From Rhodosorus marinus CCMP1338 (taxonomy: Eukaryota; Plantae; Rhodophyta), in contig JAMWBK010000012.1 of the NCBI GenBank assembly GCA_029953675.1, positions 1,091,868 through 1,155,867 of the forward strand: a DNA stretch of 64,000 nucleotides. The letters run 5' to 3'. Below are positions 45,601 to 58,301 of the stretch, piece by piece. Numbering within the stretch: the stretch's first letter is position 1; the number at the start of each line of letters is the position of its first letter. The translations under genes were made by a program, and so were the position numbers. A model generated the notes under the pieces. It saw nothing but the letters and a program-made list of their open reading frames with translations, was not told the origin of the DNA and did no database searches.

Positions 45601-48600
45601 CGCTTCAGCTCGTCCCCATAACAGCTCCCTCCAGGAACGAAAGCGGGACCGATTTGCGTCCGCCACGGCGTTGCACCTCCTGAACGCGTGTTGAAGACCA
45701 TCATAAATTGTCAAAAGCGGGGGCGGCAGGGTCGCTGGATCCTCGTTGGTCAAAGCTCGAGCCAAGAGGCAGGCACTTCGCATCTGGAAGGTCACCAACG
45801 TTCGCAGCGCGGTAGCCCAGGAGGCAACCGCCGCTGGCGAGCATACCAGCCCACGGTCTGCGACGCCGAATCCCCCTAATCGCAACGGTAGAGCGATCTG
45901 TGCACGAATCAAGTCCCTGTCGGGAGCAGCTTCAAGATCGAGGGGCTCATCCAGGAGCGTTCCCCAGTGTTGCAGGGTCATTTCGTCGGCTTTAGCCGCG
46001 ATCCACGAGCCCCAAGCTGGAGGCAGGCTGCGCAACCAGTAGTTGAGTCTGGGACCGGCACAAAAGCGGGAAAGCAAGCAGGCCGATTGCAGCATGCTGT
46101 CGGGTAGGTGCTGAATGGCGTCGGTGAGTTGCTTGTGCCGTGCCAAAACTCGCTCGCAGGATGCTTGGACAAAGTTGTCAGTCCCCAATCCGACGCCGTG
46201 GTGTTCGAACCCTTCACGTTCGCTGATTAGTCGCAGAGTGGGTGGCAGAGAGGTCAGCGACACGTCCCTCGGGGGGAGAAAGCGACATTTTTCTGTTTCC
46301 ACAGTCAAACCGACGCGACGTGCAATCGCTTCGATCGCGGTCAGTCCCCTAGCCAGGGTGTCAGGGGTGCCCAGCAATGTTACGTCATCGTGGTACGCGC
46401 AGATTCGAAGATCCGAGACCTCAGTCGAAAGACGTAAAAGTACGAGCTGTAGGGCACAGGCATGAAGAAGAGGTCCGCAAGGGTCGCCTTGTTGGACGCC
46501 AGTATGTGCTTGAAAAACAGTGCCCTCCGTTGTCAAGTAGGGGAGGCTCTCCCCTCCGTAAATACCCGATAGAAACGGCCACGCCTCCGGAAACACACGT
46601 CGGAGCACCTCTAGCGCATGCGTCCGCGACACGCTGTTGAATGCGTTCCGGAAATCAACCACCAAGACTCCCCACTCCGGCCTACTGGCGCGTTCTAGCT
46701 CGATCCCATGGGTGATCAGTTCACAACCCCCAGAAAATCCCACCCCTACTTGCAAGGGCGCCATAAAAGCTGTGACGCGCTGGCGAAGGCGCTGGCATAG
46801 CCACCTCCCGGCTAACTTCCGTAGGCTCTCCACCATCCCGATCGGCCGGAGACGCGGGTGGGCCGGCTGGTGGTCAGGTTTCGTGAGCAAGCAAAGCTGT
46901 GCCTGCCGGAGATGTTCCTATGGCGCAGACGCACCCGATACGCCCTGGAACAACTTGTTAAGGATCCTCAGAGGCGCGCTCTTGCCAGGCTGGCTCAGGG
47001 CCTGCAATAGCTCTGTTCTTAGTCCGGAGGGTCCGGGACAGCGTCCCCGACGCGAGGTACGAAGCAAATCCTCCAGGTCAGACTCACTGAGCGTCAGATC
47101 GATGCGAAACCTGGCCAACTCCGGACGGTCCAAGAATGCCTCGAATTCAGGGGACAAATCCACGTCGGACTCAGGGAACAAAGACGACACCGTCTGGGCG
47201 AGACTATCATCGTAGGGAAGGACAGGCGCCTGGCCCTCCAAAACCCGCGCCGCTCGACTTAAATCGCCCACTGCTACCAATTTCTGTACTCGAGCCGGCA
47301 CGGGCGACACTGTGCCATGCCGAGTCCGACGGGCGGATGGTGCTGACGACGCCAAATAGCTGCGCTGTAGTACTTCGAAGTCTCCCTTCAAGAACAGGGC
47401 CAGTCGGTCTCGTACTCGCCATCTGCGCTCCGATGTGTGAATGGGGGCCAGAATCAGGCGCGGCATGACCCCCAGAAAAACCCAAATGACTGTGTCCCGA
47501 ATGTTGCGAGCCAGGCTCGTGAAGATGAAATCGAGAATGGTTCCAGCTACTAGAAGGTCTCCACGAGGAAGGACTTTACTGGACTTTACTGGACTTTACT
47601 AGCGGACTTACTAGCGGACTTTACTGGACTTTACTAGCATAGCCTGAAGCGCTACGCAAGGCGTGAAGATGAACTAATAACTAGGGAGGGAAGCATGCAA
47701 CCCCAGGCGCCGATGGCGCGCCTCGGAAAGCATGTCGCTGGAATATCGCCAAAGGGAGACACTTAAACGCCTCAAGAGCGCCAAATATTCAGTAGGATGC
47801 TCAGCAAAACATTTCCGCAACCACTCTAAACCCAACTTATCGACATGACCAAAGCTTTCCACAATGAACGGCTGGAACCGGTGAGAGCGACCCTCAGCGC
47901 AAGGCAGACTGGCCATGCTCTCAGCATACCGTCGTTCCTTAACTCTTCGAAGGGCTGAAGCCGCGGCCCCCCGGCGGCGGGCGGCTGCGGTGAGGTGGGC
48001 GCTGGCCACGGGGCAGGTAATCGCAAGGTCCACATATGTTGAGCGTCTGGCAGCAGCGTCGGAGACGAGGAGATCGGCTATACAACGGGGCGGTGCAGAG
48101 TCCGAGATGGATCTGGGCAGTTCCGACTCAACCTCAACCGTATGCCCTATCCGAGTCAAAAATTCGCTGAGGATGTACTTGAGGCGAGTGTGACGCCTCG
48201 TACGGAGACCTCGCAACAGTCCGCAGGAACCCAGGAAGTGGTAGCCACAAGCGTCAATCCGGCTCTCACATCCCTGACAGAAAGACGGCCGATTAGAGTG
48301 CCACGGAGCCTGTGGCAAACCGAGATAGATCCGTGCGGCAGAACGGAACTGGAAAGCATCGAGACGATGACTCAATGACGACGGTAGAGTGGTTAACCAC
48401 AAAAGCGAGAGGTGGCCTCCCATGCCGCGGAGACGAGCGGCAGTGGTAGGCGGCGTGAGAGGAGAATTGAGCATGACTGTGTGAGCGGCACTATGTTGGC
48501 CCCAGGTGAGGCTATGTTGAATCACATCAGTGCGCGAGCTCCACAATCGGCTCAAACCTGGGTAGTCTGCAACAGGGGACCCGGGGCTAGCCTCTCCGTC

Positions 48601-49123
48601 ATCGGCAAGAACTCGGTCGAGGGGAGAATCCTCAATCGCTTCAGCTCGTCCCCATAACAGCTCCCTCCAGGAACGAAAACGGGACCGATTTGCGTCCGGC
48701 ACGGCGTTGCGCCGGCGGAGGGGCTACGCAAGGCGTGAAGATGAACTAATAACTAGGGAGGGAAGTATCTGTAGTGGACTTTACTAGCATAGCCTGAAGC
48801 GCTACGCAAGGTGTGAAGATGAACTAATAACTAGGGAGGGAAGCATGCAACCCCAGGCGCCGATGGCGCGCCTCGGAAAGCATGTCGCTGGAATATCGCC
48901 AAAGGGAGACACTTAAACGCCTCAAGAGCGCCAAATATTCAGTAGGATGCTCGGCAAAACATTTCCGCAACCACTCTAAACCCGACTTATCCACGTGACC
49001 AAAGCTTTCCACAATGAATGGCTGGAACCCGTGAGAGCGACCCTCAGCGCAAGGCAGACTGGCCATGCTCTCAGCATACCGTCGTTCCTTAACTCTTCGA
49101 AGGGCTGAAGCCGCGGCCCCCCC
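42700..49123 (-). mobile_element. Head-to-tail array of six 5'-truncated family C copies
   Basis: 3' ends at ~42700, 44487, 44591, 47571, ~48723 and 48776; lengths about 1.78, 0.10, 2.93, 1.14, 0.05 and 0.35 kb. Confidence 0.92.
44617..47500 (-). pseudogene. Longest family C ORF2 fragment (RT, knuckle, RLE); in-frame TAG at 46918-46920 and a 1-bp deletion near 44715
   Basis: CPGPSGLR, RPIG, VDFRNAFN, GVQQGDP, AYHDD; ORFs 46918..47466 and 44617..46890 are in the same frame. Confidence 0.9.
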
Positions 49124-49172
49124 GTTATTGCACATCCCGATGGACTCTTGCTCCATCGGGATGTGCAATAAC

Positions 49173-50702
49173 TATTAAGATCAAAAGGGTGTTGCACCTC
49201 CAGAGATTTTGGCACAGCCCGAGCATAATTTTGCATAGCCGGACATTGCTGGAAGGTGGAGACGTCACACACTACGCAGAAGCATTCCCAGTCATCGGGA
49301 CCAGCAGCACACGGACAACGTACGCTCAGCGCACTGTCCAAAATACTCCAGCTCCAGAATCAGAGGCTCAACTCCGACCAGCAGGACGCCCGGGCTCACA
49401 GACCCAGCAGGCAGCGCTGCGACAGCTGCACACCACAGTGGGAGGGTCCTCCTGGGGACCTGAAACCAAACCGATCCTTGCCACCCTTCGAAACGTCCCC
49501 CCCCCCCCAAGGCAGGATGATGTGGCACCTTCGGAATTCACCACCGTCCTCTGGCGCGCGCTGGGAATCACAGCCTCTCACATCGCGCATGTGGACTTCA
49601 TGTTACACACGCAAGCTTGCTCTGCCATCCGGATGCAGTGTGCAAAGCGCTATCGCCCGAGGCGTTTTCAGAACAGGGATCTTTGGATCTTTCACACTGA
49701 GACATCCTGACCGGCAAGTGACTCTCCACACAGGACAGGGATTGGAGGCTGACAACCTGCTGGGCTACAACGAAAGGCAAAGGATCGCCCCAGAGGAGAT
49801 CCCAGCCCAGACGCTGCAACGGGCCATACAACAGATCATCAGGATTCGCGCGAGGTTCGGAAAGAGACGTCTGTCGTTCTCTACTCTCGCAGCCATCCAT
49901 GAAACGCTGGTAGAGCGTCTACGAGCGTTACGAGGCCTGCAACATCCACCAGCGGTCGCCTGGGAGAGTGTGGAACTTAGTCTGGGGTACACGATCGCAC
50001 CGATGTACGGTGTGTGAACAACCACACGACTTCAAAGGGATCCAGCGTTTGCATCATTGTCGCACATCATCAGGTATGCGAACTAAGCGTCACGATGAGC
50101 TAAAAACGGAGTTGAGTCGATGGTTGCATCTGTGGAATTTCACAGACTTGCAAGTGGAACCGCAGGGGTTCTTTAGGTAATCAGGGATACGCCCTGACAT
50201 AGTAGGGAGACACCCAACAAGTGGACACGTGTACGTGTTGGACGTGATGGTGACGTCACCACTGCAGCGACAACACTTGCGACAGACCAGCTGGAAGAGT
50301 GGGTATGCGGCAGAGAAAGCAGAACATAGCAAAGTGGCACATTATGCGGAAGCAATCTCGAATGAGGGGGAGAGAGCTGATTTTAGCACAATTTGTGGTC
50401 GAAACCTATGGGCGACCTGACCAGAAGGGCTGGAGTTCCTTCGAAAAGCCACGGCACATCTCCATGATCGGGAGTCGCATTTATCGCCGGTGAGAGAACA
50501 ATTGAATCGTATCCTATAGCAACACAACGCACAGTTGGTACAACACGCGATTGACAAAGACCGGGCAGACCTGTCGATACTCCCACTAGCTAGAAGTTAG
50601 ATGAGACCCCTGGACAGGGGGTCTATAAGTGAGTTTAGAGCGAAGATAGAGTAGTGGTATTTCGCTACGGTAGTTAGCTGCCGAATGAAGGGTATGGGGT
50701 TA
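49173..50702 (+). mobile_element. Diverged family A-type element with a large internal deletion (ORF1 piece joined to knuckle/RLE), ending in GGGGTTA
   Basis: HYAEAFP ORF1 homology; C..C..HHC, RPDI..LDV; 3' UTR gtagtg...cggtagttagctgccgaat. Confidence 0.8.
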
Positions 50703-53520
50703 CCACCACCGTTCCTAAAAGCTCTACGAACAAAGTTCTCCGATTTAACGACTGTCGCTATCCATGACGATATTACGATCGTGGGACCGCTGCAGGGACT
50801 GAAGCAAGACCTAGCCTGGAGCCGAACTATGCTCCCATCTCTAGGGGCCCGCCTACTACTCAACAAATGCACGCTCTACGGCCGAGCCTTGACGACGGCG
50901 CGAGTCATCAATCGCGAGATACCTGGCATACATGTCACCCGAGAAGGTGTGACTATCCATTCGATCCGGATAGGAAACCGGGAATATATCGAGCACGAGT
51001 GCCGTGCGCTTCAAAATAAGCACGAAAAGCTCATCAAGGAAATAGCACAGCTACCGCAACATGAACTTAACGCACAGGTCGCATTGTTCAGGTACTGCGC
51101 GGAAACGCGGCTAGATTACCTGCTACGATGCCTAGCCTACTCGTTCGGCCGCAGTCTGGCACGGGAGGGGGACACCATGACGAGATATAATCTGGAAACC
51201 TTGCTCGGAGGCCTCGCTACCTGTGGCATGGAGGACGAGGAGCACCTGGGACACATGTGGGAACAGATTGCGCTGACTTTGCCGGTGGGGGGGATTAGGG
51301 TTCGCTACTAGACGGCGTATCCAACCGATCGCTTACTACTCGGCTTGGACAAATACCTTTCGAAGCAATACAGGCGACTGGCCTTACATTACTGAGCTGC
51401 AGAGGCAGGTCTATACAGATAGAACTCCGGCTACGAACACCGCGACACGACTACAATGGTCCACAGAACACCTTGCAGACCAGATAAAATCATCTGCTCG
51501 AGCGATGCGACGCAGGCTGCGGCCCGAAACTCTGCCGCGGATCAGAAGACTGGCCACCCTGCAGCAGACGAGGGAAAACCCCCGAGGAGACGCCCCAGAA
51601 GACTGTGGCGATTGGAATAATGGTTCTACACAACAAACTTGATGAGCTTTTCGTGCTTATTTTGAAGCGCACGGCACTCGTGCTCGATATATTCCCGGTT
51701 TCCTATCGGGATCGAATGGATAGTCACGCCTTCTCGGGTGACATGTATGCCAGGTATCTCGCGATTGATGACTCGCGCCGTCGTCAAGGGCTCCGATCGA
51801 GCTCAGCTTTTTCGACTCCAACGTCGGCAGTTCGCGCAGCCAGACTCCCGATCAAGAGCCCGCCGCGGACCTGATTCGAGCGCGATGTTCGCCAGAGATG
51901 GGCGGATTGTTAACCAGGCGTTTGGAACGCTGAATGGCGTGCCTCCCGAGAGAGATAGCACAGCTACCGCAACATGAACTTAACGCACAGGTCGCATTGT
52001 TCAGGTACTGCGCGGAAACGCGGCTAGATTACCTGCTACGATGCCTAGCCTACTCGTTCGGCCGCAGTCTGGCACGGGAGGGGGACACCATGACGAGATA
52101 TAATCTGGAAACCTTGCTCGGAGGCCTCGCTACCTGTGGCATGGAGGACGAGGAGCACCTGGGACACATGTGGGAACAGATTGCGCTGACTTTGCCGGTG
52201 GGGGGGATTAGGGTTCGCTACTAGACGGCGTATCCAACCGATCGCTTACTACTCGGCTTGGACAAATACCTTTCGAAGCAATACAGGCGACTGGCCTTAC
52301 ATTACTGAGCTGCAGAGGCAGGTCTATACAGATAGAACTCCGGCTACGAACACCGCGACACGACTACAATGGTCCACAGAACACCTTGCAGACCAGATAA
52401 AATCATCTGCTCGAGCGATGCGACGCAGGCTGCGGCCCGAAACTCTGCCGCGGATCAGAAGACTGGCCACCCTGCAGCAGACGAGGGAAAACCCCCGAGG
52501 CGACGCTCCAGAAGACTGGCGATTGGAATAATGGTTCTACACAACAAACTCTCTCTCGGGAGGCACACCATTCAGCATTCCAACGCATTGTTAACAATCC
52601 GCGCATCTCTGGCGAACATCGCTCTCGAATCAGGTCGGCGGCGGGCTCTGGATCGGGAGTCTGGCTGCGCGAACTGCCGACGTTGGAGCCGAAGAAGCTG
52701 AGCTCGATCGAAATGCAGGTGAATATCCGACAACTACTGGGGCTACCGATTCCAGGGCTGCGAACTACGGAAAAATGTACTCGATGCCGTGGTAAACACG
52801 GCATCGCCTCAAATGGAGTACAACGCTTTCATCATTGCCCCACGTCGACTGGGCTGTGGCAACGTAGGCATGACGAGATATGCACGGAGATCGCAAGGTG
52901 GCTGAACCGGTGGAACTTTGTGGACATCGAGCAGGAGCCAGAGAAGTACTTTGAAAATTACGGGCTACGGCCAGACATCATTGCTACGCATCCGAGGACA
53001 TTTCAACGGTATGCGCTGGACGTGACGGTTGTGTCTCCTTTGCAAGGGAAGTATCTGAGGCGTAGTCAGGATGAGAGTGGATATGCAGCAAGATGTGCGG
53101 AGAGGTGGAAGAAAGTGCACTACAAGGAGGCGATGACGATAGAACACCCGGATGACAAGTTCATCCCAATTGCAATAGAAACATTTGGGCGGACTGGACC
53201 GATGGCACAGGAGTTTCTGCGGGACAGCTGCAAGCATTTGTTGCACCGGAGCCTAGATCTGAGCGATTTAAGATCGCAGATAAACCGGCAACTTTGGCGA
53301 GGTAATGCGGAGATAGCGCTAGGCGCTTTGCGCGTAGACCAGTTGGAGAATCCACTGGTGCCTGTTTTTTCTTTAGAACGTAGGATGAGACCCCGGTAGC
53401 GGGGTTGGAGTAAGCATTCCCCTAGATAGCGATAGAAGTAGTGTTACGCTGCAGCAGGCAGCTGCCCAGTAAAGTTTACGGTTACGTTAGTCTGACGTTA
53501 GTCTGGGGAGTCTGGGGTTA
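50703..53520 (+). mobile_element. 5'-truncated family A element with an internal duplication and inversion, ending in telomeric repeats
   Basis: VAIHDD, intact RLE ORF 52683..53399 (RPDII..LDV, K..HY, PIAIETFG), tail ggttacgttagtctg. Confidence 0.9.
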
Positions 53521-53958
53521 CGAACGTTAAGGGGCTAACAAGGACAAATATACGATGAGGTTTAAGGAAAGCTTTATGATCGAGAAGGAGATGCTGGGAC
53601 AGTACCCAGAACCTTTCCGCCACCCGGGCACCAATGGCCCTGGCCCAGGCGAAGAGGGGATGGCGACACCGAATGGGAGTCGGATGCCAGAACCGAGCGG
53701 CAGGACCACAATCACCCAGGATTTACAAGCAGCGAACACACAGGAGGCTTACGGGATGGAGACTCAAGAGGCAACTGGACCTGCGGCAGCCTTTTTGCAC
53801 CAACTTCGCGCCTTCGACCAGTGCTATCAGGACTTGGGAATTGGTGAAGCAGTTATCGCGGACTTCTACCAGGCTGTATTCAAACTCTACTCACGGATTA
53901 ACAGCACCACTGAACTCGAAGGAATTACCGCACGTCTCTCCGAGCTTTCAGCAAAACC
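53521..53958 (+). mobile_element. Family A-type 5' fragment (ORF1 N terminus), truncated
   Basis: GQYPEP and AFLHQLRAFDQCYQDLGI...FYQAVFKLYSRINS match ORF 127..753. Confidence 0.85.
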
Positions 53959-53972
53959 TTAGTCTGGGGTTA
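53959..53972 (+). repeat. Interstitial telomeric repeat TTAGTCTGGGGTTA
   Basis: 14 of 14 match to the terminal repeat. Confidence 0.85.
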
Positions 53973-54528
53973 AAATGCGACAGAAACTTTCCACGGTGCA
54001 GACATATCGGAACGGTTTCTTCTCGTCTGGTATTCGGCACTTTTGAGTGGTATTTGCGGCTGGCGCCAAATACCCACGTACAGACGTTTCACCCTGATTG
54101 AACACGGCAAACGCAAAGAACTCAAGTAACCCACAGCACGAGAAGTCCGACTCACCGCGCGGGATCCTGTCAGGACAGATGTCCATTTTCATCCTTAAGG
54201 GCGCAGTGGCCAACTTCCTCTTTGTGAACCTGTTCTTTCCAGTAGGAAGGGGCTCTCCCGCCGTAATGATTCCTGCTCTGAGCTTTCCAAGGCTCAAATT
54301 ATTTCCTTCCACGGTAAATACCGCTCGAAAGCAGCGACTTTCCTTCCTCTCCACAACTGACAAAATTACCGTCCCCAGCATAGTACCATTTCTTGCCAGG
54401 AGGTTAGCATCCAGTCGTTTGGAATCGTAGAACACACCCTCTAACGCATCAGCGCACGTTGGCGGCGCGGACCACGCCATGTCCAAAAGCGCCAGGCTCA
54501 ACGCAACAAGAATGATAACTCTCATCAT
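53959..54528 (-). CDS. Small secreted Cys-containing protein of unknown function
   Basis: Signal peptide MMRVIILVALSLALLDMAWSA; open frame; the last codons come from the telomeric repeat. Confidence 0.72.
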   Translation of the reverse strand: MMRVIILVALSLALLDMAWSAPPTCADALEGVFYDSKRLDANLLARNGTMLGTVILSVVERKESRCFRAVFTVEGNNLSLGKLRAGIITAGEPLPTGKNRFTKRKLATAPLRMKMDICPDRIPRGESDFSCCGLLEFFAFAVFNQGETSVRGYLAPAANTTQKCRIPDEKKPFRYVCTVESFCRILTPD

Positions 54529-55410
54529 ATCACGAGCAAGACTCGACGATGTCAATCCGATCCGTGCCTCTGACTGCTCTCGAAATCGCTACCCTCTCGT
54601 CCAAAAGTCTTCACTCGTAGAAGCTAAAAAGGCTCTCAGCTCCAGCCTAACCGGAGTACCTTTCACGGAAGTGGAGCTTTCCACTCACCTCCCCATCTTA
54701 CTCCGCAGACAATCACCGTATATGTACTGAATGAATGTGTTTATTGGGAGACTGAGAAAGAACTTCGAGGGTGAAAAAGTCTAATACTGGCCAAATTCAT
54801 GTAACTCCGGAAAATACTGGAGTATGCCAAAGCCACCAACTTACAAAGGCGCCCCAAAATCTGGTCCCTTTGGATACACGGTGCTTGAAGACTGCAGTCT
54901 GCAGTCTGCAGTCTCTTAGATGACGTCCGCAAAGGAATTCCAGCACTCCCAACGGTTTATTTCTACTTCGGTAGCCTCATGTTGTGACCGAAAAGCAATT
55001 TCGTCGATGATTTCCCAAAGGAATCGGGCGCTCCCAACGCTTTTTCGTCGATGACATCCAAAAGGAGTCCGGCGCTCCCAACGGCTTTTTATCTGTTTTG
55101 TTCGTTGGATGGGAATGTTGTCGGTGAAAATGTGTTCAAGACGAGCTTGGGAAAAGAGCTCACTAATTCGTTGCAAGGTACCCCTTTCTTGGGACTTGCG
55201 CCGTGCCTGCATATGACCAGCTTCTCGCGCAGGTGGTCGCCGCGTTCCACCCAATCCCCCACACCTCCAATCCCAACCGCCCAACGGCTTTTTTCCTTAA
55301 GAAAGAAACATTTCTTTCACAAATCGATTAATATATTACAATTTATAGCAAAACACGTACTTGTCTTAAATTTATTTCTCCGTATCACTTTATACTATTT
55401 TACATAATAT

Positions 55411-58301
55411 GAATGAATGAATGAATGAATGAATGAATGAATGGTTTAATCGGAGGCTGAAAAAAAAACCCCGAGGGGAAAAAAAGACTAAGCGCGGCGA
55501 AGTACTCGCGCCTCCAACATCAAAGCGGCATTCATGCGCCACAGCAGGAAACTTAAGCGGGTAAACAACGATTGAAGACGGTCAGGGCGTTCGCGGAACA
55601 ACTCCCGAAGCCAGCGAGAACCAACAGAGTCCATGAACCCAAAGCACTCAATGATCAGGGGTACCAAGCGATGTGCTAGTGCCGAAGCACGAACACCAGG
55701 GGAAGACAAAGCCCCCGCGTATTTGATCTCTTTGCGGCGTCTCATGCTGGCGGCGGCAGATCCACGGCGCTCCCCCGCAGCCGGGAGATAACGACTAGCT
55801 TGAGGGTTAGGAACAGCAAGATCAACGTATGTGGTACGGCGGCTGTCGTCACAGGTGATCACCAGATCGGCTACACGGCGTTCATCATTTTGAAAGTCCG
55901 CGACGGGTAAAGGTTTCTCACGTTCGATTTCCAGACCGGCTTGCCGGACTATAGGCCGAAGTTCCCGGTATAACAGGTTCAAGATCCGTGTGTGGCGGCG
56001 GGTTCGAGCACCTTTCACCGCCGGGCAACTAGCGAGCAGGTGGGCGCCAAAATCTGCGTTGTCTTCAGTCTGAGAGCAGAGAGGGCACGACGAACCCATC
56101 TCGTACGGCCAAGGGGGCTGATGTAAGCCGAGGTATAAGCGCAGTGAAGTACGCACTTCGAAATCCGACAGTGTGAGTGGCGGAAAGGCTGGTACGGTCA
56201 TGAGCCACTGAGAGCTAATAACCCCTCCAAGACTACGTAGGCGGGCGCGAGCGCGAGAAGATGAGACCATCTGCGCGAGGAGTCGGCCATATGCAGCACG
56301 GTGCAAGTCCCAAGAAAGGATATTTTGCAGCGCATCCGTGCGTGCTTGAGCTCGGCTCCCAGCGCGCTGGGAATCATCAGGAGGATCAACTGGAACTTCT
56401 TCTTCTGCGGCAACCACTGGGTCAATCTCCCCTAGAACAGGTTCAGGCGCAGGACGAATCCCCGGGGCGGAGCCTCGAGAGCGGTCAAATACAGCTCGCC
56501 AGTCAGGAAGACGGGGTTGAACGGTTTCGGGGAGACTAGTACAGGAATTCAGGGCGGTTTGGAGCTCCAGAAACAAGTCTTGGGCGCTTTCCGGTACGCT
56601 GGGAAGCAAGACACCCCGCGAGAGGCTCGCCATCAAATTGCGGAACTTCGAGATACCCAAGCTGCTCAAAGTGGGAAGTGCGGTTCCCCAGGCCCCTACT
56701 GCAGCTGCAGGTTGGACCACAACACGATTGCAGAGGCCCAGTCCCCCCAATCGCAATGGGAGGCCTACCTGGGCGCGCACAACATCACAGGTGGGTCGCG
56801 GCAGAGCGCTCAGCTCTTCATCGAGAAAATACCCCAGGTCACGGAAACTTTCAGCATCCGCACGAGTGGCCAACCACCGGCCCCAATGAGTTGGAAGTGA
56901 GCGAAGCCAATAGGTTAACCGCTGACTGCAACAATACCGAAACAGCAACAACGAGCACTGGAGAAAGCCCGGAGGTAGCCGTCGAAGCTCTGCAACCAGC
57001 TGTCTGTGCTTACCGAGGAGCTGCAGCAACTCGCCTTCAACGAAGGACGGCGACCCGTAGGGGATGCCTAAGTGGACAAAACCATCCGGTCTCCAAATAT
57101 CCTGGAACGACGCAGGTACCTGCTGCTCTTGTGCAGCTACACCTCCCCAGTAGAACGATTTGTGATGATTAACCTCCAGGTCAACCCGCGAAGCCAAGGA
57201 GCGGAGACGATCATAAGCGAGTGCTAGAGTATCAGGGGGCCCCAGGAGGCACACGTCGTCGTGGTATGCAACCGTACGAACCTGCGGGAATTCGGAGCGA
57301 AGACAAAGCAAGACGAGTTGTAGTCCACAGGCATGTAGGAAAGGGGACAAGGGATCACCCTGTTGTACCCCTGTGCGCGCCGCAAACGTGTGTGAGGAAG
57401 CGCCAAGGGTGTCATAGGTAGCCCCACGACCAAGCGGAGAATAAATTCTACTAACAAAGGGAAAGCCTACAGGGAAGACTTCGCGCACCACGTGCATGAG
57501 AGCCGGACGAGAGACGCGGTTGAACGCATTGGTAAAATCTACAGAGAGGAGCCCAGAATCTGGGGAGAACGCCATTTCCGAACGGAGTAAAACAGACAAC
57601 AACTCACAGCCACCACGATAGCCCACGCCTAACTGCACGTGCCCAAAGAAACGGCGGGATTCGGGAACCAGGATTTTCACTAACCATCGCGCCGCCAATT
57701 TGCGGACCACCTCAACCAGGCCAATAGGGCGAATAGCAGGGCTCGAGGCCGTGTGGCCGGGCTTCGAAAGCAGACACAACTGCGAACGCCCGACCAAGAA
57801 CCACGCACACTCACACAGGGGATCACCATTCACAAGCGCTTCGACCACCCACGCCAACGCCTTCAAACCTTCATCACTTAAGAAACGGAGATATTCCACC
57901 CGCAGCCCCGAGGGCCCTGGGGAACGGCCCTTCGGAGCATCATGAACCAACTCACGCACCGCCTCCAGATTGACCACTAACCGCGCACTGGGATGTGGCG
58001 CGGCGCGGTACTCTTCCAACACTGATTCAAACGAGGAGTCCCAAGGGGAGCCTTCCGAGGGAAAGAGCAAACGGAGCGGTGAAGAAAGATCATCGGAGTA
58101 TGGAACCACAGGTTGCCGCTGCTGGAGGATCCCGGCTGCCCGCCGCAGATCACCGCCTGCCACCGCGTGACGCGCCCGATTCTGTCGAGAAGACCTAAAA
58201 GCTGAGGAAGCACTAGGAGAAAAGGAAGAGAGAGAAGCGAAATAAAGACGTTCGAGGTCCTCAAAGTCGCCGGAAAGGAACATTTGCAGTTTTCGGCGAG
58301 G
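55411..58301 (-). mobile_element. 5'-truncated family B element with (GAAT)8 tail on + and an intact RT-RLE frame (55488..58283)
   Basis: Near-identical to 16460-19320; possible TSD TATGAAT (55408-55414, 58306-58312). Confidence 0.95.
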
